NCBI RefSeq assembly: GCF_020745735.1
Contig: NC_083435.1
Span: forward strand, 24,985,231 to 25,049,230
Source of the DNA: Hemiscyllium ocellatum
Lineage: Eukaryota
Direction of reading: 5' to 3'
Length of the DNA stretch: 64,000 nt
Of this stretch, positions 25,881-37,220 are shown piece by piece (within the stretch, counting starts at the first letter, position 1; every line of letters starts with the position of its first letter). Both the position numbers and the translations under genes were made by a program. The notes under the pieces are model-generated. The model did not search any database, was not told where the DNA came from, and saw nothing but the letters and a program-made list of their open reading frames with translations.

Positions 25881-27239
25881 ATTCTATATTTTAGTTCAAC
25901 CCATTCTGTACAGTACAGCCAGCGAGTATATGGTGACCACGGAGATGGCACAAGACAGCTGTCCCAGACTGATACTAGGCAGGATAGATTAAATTATGAT
26001 AACTGGTTTTTCGACTGAAATCACTGTTTCCTTTGAGTAACTACGCATCTAATTGAGTTATCGACGTGATTGAAGAATCTCATATCATATATGGTGAAAT
26101 AAAACATTTACTGAGCGACTTCAGAATCTCATCTGGAAACAGTAATCTGAAAATTATAGTTACGGCGTTCAGTGAAATTGCCAAAACTCACTTTTTCGTG
26201 CAATATGCCGTGGAAATATACAACATTACCTTCCTTTAAAACATTCTTCAAACAGAGTTGGAGCATACAAAACTGAGATGCATTTCCATTTGTGAAGTCG
26301 TTAAGGGTTACAGTACTGAGGTAGCCAGGCGGAGTTAGAGCATTGTTAACATTGATATTTGGGAAAAAAACTAAACAGGTAATTCTGCTATATTCTTATA
26401 CATATGGATAAGTCAACAACAAGGACAAAATAAGACTCACCCCAAAATCCCAAAGCTGTACAAAATGGAAACCGAGGCAAGGAAATTCAATGAATCCTTC
26501 TATACCAAGCCTGAGCTCAATCCATGCCAAGGCAGTGTTCCTGTTTTTAGCCTTTGCTAACGGAGAAAGCACAGTAACACGGCAGGCTGAATGAAGGAAA
26601 GGTCTCAGTGGAGCCAAGCAAAAGCAAGCAACTTTAATACTAAATGCTAAAATGAAGCAAACTCGATCTTAAGGACCGTTCACCCAGCAGTGCAAACAAA
26701 TTGTTTGCAGTTTAGCTCTGCATCAAAATTAAAAAGTAAAAATGAAATGAAAAGTAAACTCACAAGAATCTCGTAAAATCAGGTATGTTATTAGCCAACC
26801 TCAGTTCTGGCGGTGACCTCTCCACTGAACCGACAGTTGAACTAAACAGGGTGGGGCGGGGGTGGAGAAAAACCATTAAATGAAAGTACAAATATAACTT
26901 GAATTTCATTATGAACTGAAAAGTATGGTGAAAGTCGAGTTCCATTGCGTGAAGTGGGTGTTTGGAGTGTGATTTTATGATTGCCTTGGTTTTATTTAAA
27001 TTCATTCATGGGATGTTGATGTTGCTGGCGCGGCCAATGTTTACTGGTGACTTTGCTGGGGACCTGGGGTCACATGGAAGCAAGCTCAGGTAAGGGCTGC
27101 AAAGGGGACTGTGGTCACCAGTACAGTCTTAACTCTCCACTTCTGTAGAATTCAAATTCCATATTACCTGGATTAACATCTAAAGATAATGTCCCTGTTT
27201 ATTAGAATGTTGCCGGCAATGGGGCATCTGAGCCATAAA

Positions 27240-27630
27240 ACTAAGTTGAAAAGATTGGGAATTCCTTTAACTGGAGCGTAGGGGGTTGAGGGGTGACTTT
27301 ACTGAAGTTTATAAAATCATGAGGAGCATAGATAAGGTGAATGACAAGGCTTTTTTCCCCAGGACGGAGAAGTTCAAAAGTAGGGGACATACTTTAAGGG
27401 CGAGAGGAGAAAGATTTAACTTTTATTATGCAGAGTGGCTGGTGTGTAGAATGAACTTCCAGAGAAGGTTGTGCATACAGGTGCAGTTGCAACGTTTAAA
27501 AGACTTCTGTATAAGTTAATGAACAGGAAAGGCCCATGCCCTTGCAGGTGGGACTCGTTTAGTTTGGAAACATGGTCAGCATGGGCTAGCTGGGCCAGAC
27601 CAGCTGTTTCCATGTTGTATGACTCTAATC
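27240..27630 (+). mobile_element. CR1 LINE 3' fragment
   Basis: RGDFTEVYKIMRSIDKVN..RGHTL plus tail. Confidence 0.8.
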
Positions 27631-27694
27631 CATGTCCTTCCCTGTACAAATGTGAATTTTAAAAAATCTGGTTCTTTAGTTTCAGCGTTAGTAT

Positions 27695-27799
27695 CTTTAA
27701 TGGGACAGGAGCGTCGATTGAAGTAAATCGCTGTGAGGACCAATCCAATTATTGCCACTGCTCTGATGGTCCAAAGGATCCTTGTGGCATTAGCTTGAT
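27695..27799 (-). CDS. NCR3: Gene B transmembrane exon (Arg-bearing) with a non-canonical 3' border
   Basis: Acceptor ccgtcag|, phase 1; reads xQANATRILWTIRAVAIIGLVLTAIYFNRRSCPIK. A 105-nt symmetric exon would end AAAG|atacta (AT instead of GT); otherwise the frame runs to the stop at 27576. Confidence 0.75.
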
Positions 27800-28449
27800 C
27801 TGACGGCATGTGGGTGGAGGATCAAAACGAAAAAAAACAAGTAAATAACATACTTATTACTGTACTTTTGATAGTTATCCTTCTCCATTCATTCTGTGAT
27901 TAGCGTATATCTGTATAAAAACAAACATTAGTTTAAAACTTGAAAATGAATGTTGTTTGTTAATTCACATGTATCGCAACACTGTCACTGTCAGGATACA
28001 TCACCACTGAAACATATTTCTATGGTGGGGTTTTTCTGTCATACGTAAGCAGAGCAACACATATTTGCGCATGTGTCATCTTTATGTTAGGTCATTAAAC
28101 TGAAGCCCTTCAGGAGATTCACCGACAAGTTGTAGCACTTTTCTAAAAGAAGAATAAAAAAGAAATGACTTGGTTGTTCGGTATTTGCACTTCAGATTTT
28201 GCGAGGCACTTGTTATGCAGAGAATTTGTGGTTTTTCTACTTGACAGCAACTACTCAATGGGACGAGAAACGTTGTGAAACTTTTCAGGATCCGTCATTT
28301 ATTTCTTGTCACCAAGTCAACAAGACTCTTTTTCTTTTAGGTCACAGTCCTTGCTCGGAAATGTTTTGTCTGTGTGTCCAGACTAACCTTGCTGATGGGA
28401 GATCATTGGAACCAATTCAAGAGATTGAATTAACCTGCTTTTGGAGAAG

Positions 28450-29150
28450 CGTTGATTAATCAAGTCAGCATGGTTTTGTTAAGGAGATGTCATGTCTGGC
28501 CAACTTCATTGAAGTGTTCGTCGAGGAGAGCAATGCTTTTACTGTAGTCTACTTGGACTTCAGCAAATCTCGACATGAGAGACCAATAGAACATGGAATC
28601 CCAAGGAAATTTGGCACATTCGATCCCACAGTTGGCTGAGAGGAAGAAAGCAGAGAGTAGTTGCTGCGAGGTGTTTTTCCAGTAGCAAGTCTGTGTCCAG
28701 TTGGGTTCCTCCGCCGTCATTGTTGAGATCCTTGCTGTTTGCGGTTGAGATAAATGGCTTTGACTTGAAGGTGGGAGGGTTGATCAGTAAGTTGGCAGAT
28801 GATTCCAAATGGGCGGGAGTGGTAAATACTGAGGTGGGCAAGGTTAGATACAGAGGATACGGATGATGGAGTTAATTGGGCTGTTCAGTGGGAACTGGCT
28901 CTCAATCTGGAATGCACTTAGCAGCACACTCTAGACAAGGAAATAGCTGATGAATAGTAGCTCTCTGCTCAGCAGCAAGAATCAGAGGGATCTTGGTGTG
29001 CATGCACAACAATCACTTAAGGCATCAGGACAGGCGGGCGAGGTGAATGTGAAGGCATACACAGTGATACAGTAAGGGAACAGATCTTTCGATCCAAACA
29101 GTCCATGCTGAACATAATCCCAAATCAAACTAGCCCCACCTGCCTGCTCC
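28450..29150 (+). mobile_element. Heavily degraded CR1 RT fragment
   Basis: VYLDFSK-like and LADDSK-like remnants. Confidence 0.65.
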
Positions 29151-29439
29151 TGTCGCATTCATTCCCTCATTCTGCAAGTCGTTCTGCCGATCAGCTGTGG
29201 ATGTTTCGTCCATTGAAAGTGAGCTATGAAATCTGGCGGTTTTGAACTGAATGCCAGTTCTAGTTAGTGTTTGTAATTAATTGATTTCTTAGAGGTTCGG
29301 GTCATCCTGCACTGAAGATCTCAGCGTAAGAATCAGCCCTTGAGTCTTTGAAACTCTGAAGTTCCAGTCATGCAGAAAGAAAGACCTTGTTCCAAATTAC
29401 ACTTTACCACAATTCGCCTGGGAATTAGTGGCCAGGAGA

Positions 29440-29655
29440 AAGTCAGGACTGCAGATGCTGGAGATCAGAGCTGAAAATGTGTTACTGGATAAGCGCAGCA
29501 GGTCAGGCAGCATCCAAGGAGCAGGAGAATCGACGTTTTGTGCATAAGCCCTTCTTCAGGATTCCGGAAGAAAGGGCTTATGCCCGAAACGTCGAATCTC
29601 CTGTTCCTTGGATGCTGCCTGACCTGCTGCGCTTATCCAGCAACACATTTTCAGC
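29440..29655. mobile_element. Short fold-back Penelope-derived element with two decayed hammerheads
   Basis: One-sided tail 29440-29469 followed by a palindrome 29470-29655. Both cores are mutated. Confidence 0.8.
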
Positions 29656-29688
29656 AATTAGTGGCCAGACCAATAAACAAACACTCAC

Positions 29689-30027
29689 TGTCACTGTAAG
29701 GTTTGTTCCTGTCCCATATCTTGTTCCGTAAATCGTGTACTCCATTTTCACAATCATAGATTCCAGACTCACTTATTTTGGTGTCAGTGATTTTTAGCGA
29801 TGCATCTTTTGTGACCAAGAAGGCCTCCCTGCCTGGAAAGAACACACGCCCTCTGTCGTGCACAGTTTTGTTGGACACTTCAGTGCCCCCTCGAACACTG
29901 AGGTGCCACTTGTCCGCACCTGTCCGTATTTGCCCGTTACATATACAGTGCAGAAATACAGTTTCACCTTCGGATGCAGTAATCAGGGGTGGGTTCTGGA
30001 TCACCCTGATGTTTCCAAGTGTTTGTC
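29689..30027 (-). CDS. NCR3: Gene B NKp30-like V(J) exon with a compensated frameshift (possibly a pseudogene)
   Basis: Acceptor cataatag|GA and donor A|gtgagt bound 339 nt. Reads QTLGNIRVIQNPP..LHCIC..DKWH..GTEVSNKT..RGRV..SESGIYDC. The G strand (YGTGTNLTVT) lies in the neighbouring frame after an A4 run at 29745-29748. Confidence 0.8.
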
Positions 30028-30154
30028 CTATTATGAAACAGGAAATATCTTGGACTTTAAAAATCTATTAATGACGAAATAAATCATAAACAAAGAGAGA
30101 AATACGAGCAACTGTTGACCAGAACTTCGCCTTGGCCAGAATGTGAACTGCTAC

Positions 30155-30206
30155 CTGATACTCTGGTATTATATTGAACTATTATCGCTGTCCAAGCAAG
30201 CATCAT
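30155..30206 (-). CDS. Gene B candidate leader exon
   Basis: ATG at 30206 gives MMLAWTAIIVQYNTRVS+G|gtagca (52 nt, phase 1), followed by a 127-nt intron to the V exon. Hydrophobicity is only moderate. Confidence 0.55.
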
Positions 30207-30366
30207 AGGAAGTATACATTGGATATAATTAACTATACATTATTAATACAGTTGAATTCTGTTTATCTTTGGTAAATATTTTGAATGGAATCTTCTGAAA
30301 TCCTTCTCACAGTTGAAGATGGGTCCCACCACGCTGCTGCTGCGTTTGGAATCTGCACTCCCAACG

Positions 30367-30373
30367 TTTTATA
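30367..30373 (-). promoter_or_regulatory. TATA-like box upstream of gene B
   Basis: TATAAAA on the minus strand about 160 nt upstream of the candidate ATG; position is the only support. Confidence 0.25.
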
Positions 30374-33300
30374 TTGATGGACTGTGACAGACAACCATCA
30401 GGGTACTGCTACAGAACCGTGCAGTCACGGTTCTTCATGCTTCCTAATGCACAGCTGCCGTACACGAGTCATGTAAACAAGTGGCACACGTGATAAAGTG
30501 TCATAGAGTCATAGAGCTGTACAACATGATAACAGACCTGCTGGTCCAACTTGGCCACGCCACCCAGATATGTTAATCAATCTAGTCCCAATAGCCAGCA
30601 CTTGGCCCATATCCCTTTAAACCTTTCCTATTCCTGTACCCATCCGGATGCCTTTTAAATTTGTAATTGTACCAGCCTCCATCACTTCCTCTGACAGCTC
30701 ATTCTATACATGCACCACCCTTTGTGTGAAAAACTCAAATGCTTCATGGAAACAGAAACGTCTGGAAACAACGATCAGAAAATGTCGGCCTCTGGTTTCA
30801 GATAATCTCTGAACCATCCTGAAACGACATTCATAGCTGCCTTGAAATAAAGACCGTGTCATAGACTCATAGAGTTGTACTGCATGGAACCAGACCTTTT
30901 GAACCCTCTCGTCCATGTCGACCAGATATCCTTAATTAGTTAGTCCCGTTTCGCAGCATTTGGTCCATATCCCTCTAACCACTTCCTATTCATGAAATAG
31001 TTCAGTGAAATATTGAATGAGCCGCCATGGAATGTTAAAGCGTTACTATCCCTGGGGCAAGTGAAATATTTGAACACGTTTATAAATAGGAAATGTCTTA
31101 AACCGATTAAGTTGAACAATGCACATAAATGCAATTCAATTCTTTTGTTTAAAATAAATGGCGGTAAATGTTTTTCCCTAAGTCTTTTTTTTTCTAAAAT
31201 GAAAAGCGAAATGAAACCCAGTTCCTGGTATATTTGATGTTGGAAAGAGACTTCCTACAAACATTTTCTATAGCGTTAATATGTTTGCCCCATGTCCTTG
31301 AACCATAGATTCTTACAGCTGTCAGCGCAGAAAAAGGCTTTTTGACCACTGAGTCTGCCCGGAAAAAAACAACCTCTCAACAATTCTAATCCCATTTTCC
31401 AGCACTTGCCCTGTAAATCTGCATGCCTTGCCGTCAGAAGTGCGCATCTAAATACATGTTAAATGCCACGAGGATTACTGCCTCAATTAACCTTTCAAGC
31501 AGTGAGTGTCAGCTTCCGACTGTGTGAAAACGTTTATCCTTGCATCTCCTCTCAACCCTGGTCACTGGCCCCTCCACCAAGGGCAGAGTTAATTCCCACC
31601 CACCCTCTCTATTTTCCTCAGTTTTATGCATCTGCATCATGCCCTCTCAATCCCATCTACTCTGAAGAAAATAATCTCAATTCCCAACAATCTATTTGCC
31701 CTTGCCATGACAACATCTTGCTCAATCTCATCTGTACCCTCCCCAGGGCGATCACATCCGTCCTCTAATGTGAATTCTAGAACTACACACAATAATTTAG
31801 CTGTAGCCTAAACAACATTTTATACAGTCTCAGCATGGCCTCCCAGCTCTGAATCACTTTACCTCAGCTAATGAAGATATGACAATATCAGACCTTGACA
31901 CAGAAGTTTTATTGAGACCAGAGAGCTTGTGTATATATGTGTGGATATAAATTATATATATATATATATATGAGTGAGAGAGAGAGAAAAAGAGAGAGAG
32001 AGAGAAAGGGGGGAATTTTCATGTTGCTGAGACGTAGTGGTCAATCAGTGTACTGCAGTATTGTTATCTACGATGAGAACTATCCTCAATTAATTAATCA
32101 CTGACATTCCCACCATCACACGGTGAGAAATGCGGGTGTTCACTGATCATTGCCACTCACATATCCTCAGCTGCAAAAGCAGCTTCTTTCCAAATGCAAC
32201 AAGACCTAGGGAGCATCCAGGGCTGGGCTGGCAGCAACAGGTAACATTTGTGCCACTTAATGCAAGGCAATGTCAATTGATCCTTCACTATTAATATTAT
32301 GGGGATCACCCTGGTCAGAAAATGAACTAGCAGATCATGTAAATACTGCAGCTACTGGACCACATCAAAGAAATGGGAATTCTGCCACTTGTGGGCTGCC
32401 CAGTGACTCCCACGTCCCACAAAAGAAGAAAAAAAACACTCCTCCTGATTTTCAAAGGTCTGCCCAACATCTCAGGCGAAATCAGGAGTGTAATGAACTA
32501 ATATCCACGTATCTGGATGTGTGCAACTCAATAACAGTTAGCAAGCTGTCCACATGATTGGCACTTGAACTGCACAATTGAGTATTGGCTGTCTCCACCA
32601 TACAGTGTGCTCCATTTACAAAATGCAGTGCATCCAGTAAGGATACCTCCTTCGACAGCACCTTACAAATGATCGCTACCAGCACGCACACATTAACAGC
32701 ACCGGTTTGAGCACACAGCATCCTGTCATCAAATCATACCACTGCTCTTTTACCGTCGCAGCTTGAAAGTACTGAACTTCCTTCCAAAGATTGCTGTTAT
32801 TGCAGCTACATTCCGCAGCTTCTCCAGAAAGTTGGTCATGGCCACCTTCCGAAATATAATTAAAGATGAGCAACAAGTTCTGGACCAGGCAGCGTTGACG
32901 ACAAACCCCAAGAAAATAAATGTAAACTGGCTATCTGCTCCTGAGTAATACATCATATTTGCCTTATTTATTTGAGTAACCTGAAATTAATTGTGGCATT
33001 TGTTTTTGGTTTGTCATGTATTAGCCACCTTTAATCTGTGACTTTATTATGGCTTAAGAAGTATATTTTGTTCTTGTTATGTTTTTTTGAAGAATGGTTT
33101 TAAGACAATGGCACTAAGCTGTCTATTGGATTCCATAAAGTTACCCGCCGGTGTGGCGTGGAGTTTCTTATAAAAGTAATGAGGATAGAAGCAGCCCGAA
33201 GGAATGGGACAAACTCCCACAAAACCAGCGTTTTCAGTTTTACTTTTTTTTCATTTATAACTGCTGGGCTCTCGAAGCTGGGTGGGAGCCTCCATACATC

Positions 33301-35699
33301 TCTCTCTGCTGCCCATTCTATCTCAGGGGTTTCTCTTGATATTTTTTCTACTGCTGCTAGAATTGCAGTTGAGATAAACCGTGAGACGGAATTTGCCTTT
33401 TGCCAAGGGTGTAACTGCATTGGAACAATTACTATTTAGGAGTTAGATCATCTCCCATTCTGCTAAATTTTCCAGTAGTGTTAGATTATTCCATTTTCTT
33501 CCTTCTTTTGTTGTGTTTTAACTAAAGCGCATGATTAAAGTGTGTTTTGCTTTAAATCTGGTAGTTTGACTAATCCAGGTTGCAACACCTGGCACTTACT
33601 TCAAAAGTAAGAAAAAAATTAGGGTCTAGAGTACCTTCTGTATATTTTGAGGGCTCTTGGTCTGGTCCATAACAAATTGATGTGAAGAAAATATTTGACT
33701 TGCGTCCTCTTGGTCTTAGCTCCTGACTTGCCCCAATCATTTGCTTTCCTTCCTTCTGACCAAGAGTGCATTCTTGCCTTTCTTGTATTAAATACATTCT
33801 TCAAAAAATACATTCAATTTGTATTCCAAATCGGTTTTCTCCATTTCCTAAAATGCATAGCTAATTGGCTTGCTTCACATCATTTCCTGCCATTGCAATG
33901 TCTTTGCTTCTAATCGCTTTTGGGTGAACTGGCGCATTAAATGAATTGGAGGATAATCGTTGTTGCGTGTTTCTGACAGCATAAAACATCTGCGTCAATG
34001 TATAAATGAACAAGACAAGTGAGCATAACAATGTAAATTCCACATTTCATGTAGTTAACAGCGTAAGTATAAGTTAACTGTTAGCACTATAATCCAGTTA
34101 CTTTTGACGTGATCATTGCACAATGACAATTTTAATAACGAGTTAGGTTCAATGCTCATTCACCTGTCTCTAACTGGAAATGATAATTAGCGTCATGAAT
34201 ATTAGCAAGAAATTAAGAAATATATCAATTTAACTGACTAAAGGGTCGCGTTACTGTTGCATAATAATGAGCAATTACAGATACTGGACCATATATTCCT
34301 CACATGTTTGTGATGCGTGGACTGGACAGAAAATTTGCATCATACCACTAGCGTCTGAAATTATGCAAAATGAGAGTTTTTTCACTCGGTGTGATTATGG
34401 TAAGCAAGTCCTCCACAATACTTTTGAAGAACAGTTAGAAAATGTGAGCCTACAGTAACTTGGACAAAATTGCTCTTGACTCCTTCAGTGATCAGCCTTT
34501 CTCTTATTGCGAACAGAAAAGGGACACAAGAGTTTGCTGTGACGATGCCAAAGTTCGATTTTAAATGCAGTAGCGATGGGAGTCAGAGAAACACATTAGC
34601 TTGTCTGGACAGCCAAGACCATCTGTAATTTTAAATGTAACTTTACAAAAGGAATGAAATTCCTTATGCTTATTTTGCATGGAGTCTGCCAGCTGCGAAC
34701 AATGGGCAATCTGCATGGACATTATCAGTTACATAAAATGCATTGAAAACCTTGTTACCAGAAAGCACAATCGCCGCCCAGATGCTTATGCTCAGAGCCA
34801 TTTTTGTCTCCAGACCCTTGCGTCCGACTTGCCCATGAACGTGTGCCGAGAAAATGACCGCTCGTCTTCTGTGCGAATACAGCTGTGGCCCAGGCTGTGA
34901 TGCAATGGAAGAAGTTGCTTAATACCTTCTCGTTCTTTATTTTGGTATGCATGGCTTTACTGCTTGACATCGAGCAGTTATTTTTAATCTTTCCTCATGA
35001 CTGGAATGTGGTCTTTTCGATTACACACGGTTCCTGAGTGGTCTGGATATCCCAGTGCGTGATCGACCAAGTGTGCGGGTACAGCAACTGAACAGAACGC
35101 GAATTTAAAATCGTTGTTTATTGTCAGAGGAATCGAATACAAAATTACTGATTTCTACAGGACAGTGGTGAAGTCATTCTTGGATACCTGTGCATGGGAT
35201 GGCTGTCCTTATTTAAAGAAAAAATGTAAATGTATCGAAGTCACTCAGAAAATGCGCACTAGTCTCGAACTGGCAGATTGTATAAGGTGAAAGGTTGGGT
35301 AAGCTATTGGAGTTTAGAAGCGTAAGAGGTGACTTGCCTGAAATCCATATATACAGGGTGGAGTCACAGACAATATCACTGCTTGTTGTAGAATCTAGCA
35401 AAATGTGTCGCTGCCCCTTCCGTTTTTACAGAAGGGCTCTCCATTTAAGATGCAGATGAGGATTTTTGGTTTTTCTCTTGCAGGGTTTAGACATTTTGAT
35501 TTTACATTTTGACAGCGGTACATATAGATTTCTGGAAAGTCTCTAGGGGATTTGCGCTTCGAATCTCCAGCTGATCTAACCCAAGCTTGCTTCCCCTTTC
35601 CTCCTTAGACAACCTGCCTCTTCCAGGCTCGTGGGTATTTTCTGAATGACTTCCATACATGGGCATTTATCTTTAAAGGAATACAGCAATCACAGTTAT

Positions 35700-36060
35700 C
35701 CAAGAATGATGTCACCACTGTGCTGTAGAAATTATTATTTTTAGCTCGGAAAATATCTTCCTCCAGAACTAGAGGGATTGGGGTGATAGGGGAGAGATAT
35801 AAAAGAGATCGTGGGTGGGGGCATTTTTCACACAGAGGGTGGTACGTGTATGGAATGAGCTGCCAGAGGAACTGGTGGAGGCTGGTATGATTGCAACATT
35901 TAAAAGGCATCTGGATGGGTAGATGAACAGGAAGGCTTCAGAAAAATATGGGCCGGCTGCTGGCAGGTGGGACTAGATTGGGTTGGGACATCAGGTTGGC
36001 ATGGATGAATTGGACCGAAGTGTCTATTGCTGTGCTGTATGTCTCTATGACTCTAAAAGC
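35700..36060 (+). mobile_element. CR1 LINE 3' fragment
   Basis: tttcacacagagggtggtacgtgtatggaatgagctgcc and the tail, shared with 14380-14620. Confidence 0.8.
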
Positions 36061-36894
36061 TGGTAGAGACAGAGAGTTGGTATGTCTTTGAATGTGGAGG
36101 TAGAGAACATCACGGTTAGCAAGTGGATGAAAGGTCATCAGAGAGAGAGGTGGGAGTGTTGGAGTAATCGAAACCATGAACATGTTGAGTTGCAGTACAA
36201 GGCTCGAGGGGCCAAATGGCTTACATTTGTACGTTGCAGTGTCTGTTTCTGTGAACCATCAGTGAAGAAATTCTGAAACAAGGCAGGAAATGCTGAGAAC
36301 ATTGGACAGGTTAGATTAGTGTCAATGAAGAAGGATGCCTATTTAATATTTCAGGTGAGCTTCCTGAATCAGGGGCAGCTGATCCCACTAAAATGTATAA
36401 TCTGGCGAGTTTGAATGCTTCAACCATATTTTTTCTCAATGAGGTTCTGTCTAACGTCAGAAAGATCCAGCAGATGTGGTTATGAAGTGGGAGAACATCA
36501 GGATGGCGTTGCCATGGGGGTTCCCACGGACCCCATCAAGGAAAAGGGTGGTTCTGTTGGGAAACATGCAGAATGAAATCTGCTGACAACCTCATTTCTC
36601 ACCCTTTTGGCTGACGAATCAATACTCGCCCATATTGAACTTGAAGAAAGTTCTGAAGATGTCAGTTGCACAGAATCTACGCTGTGGTGGCCGACTGTAA
36701 AGTGCATCACCACGATTGCCTCGATAACAACATTATTGACCAAGCTGGTCGAGTCCTAAAGGGCATAGCTGCTAACCAAGTCTGCAGCAAGTGGTGAGCA
36801 AATGATGGAAAGGAGGTGACAACATTCTTGTCCTCATCTTCACCAATCTGCTTGCTGCAGCTGCACATCCATCCATAACAGGAGAAGTAGAAGC

Positions 36895-37220
36895 TTAGAT
36901 TAGATACCTACAGTGTGGAAACAGCCCCTTCGGCCCAACCAGATCACACACACCCCCCGAAGTGTAACCCAGCCACACCCATTTCCCTCTGATTAATCTC
37001 TGACTAAATTGCAGCTATCACTGTGGGCAATTTAGCCTGGCCAACTCACATGACCTGCACATCTTTGGGCTGTGGGAGGAAACCGGAGCACCCGGAGGAA
37101 ACCCGCAGAGACACTGGGAGAATGTGCAAACCCCTCACAGACAGTCGCTTGAGACTGGAACACAACTTGGGACCCTGGTGCTGTGAGGCAACAGTGCTAA
37201 CCACTGAGCCACTGTGCTAC
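36895..37220 (-). mobile_element. HE1-type SINE
   Basis: Reverse-complement match to 6508-6819. Confidence 0.8.

Noticed and set aside
33861-34043. Signal-peptide-like ORF EFTLLCSLVLFIYTLTQ
   Set aside because: It starts at GTG, has no splice donor and no linked exon.
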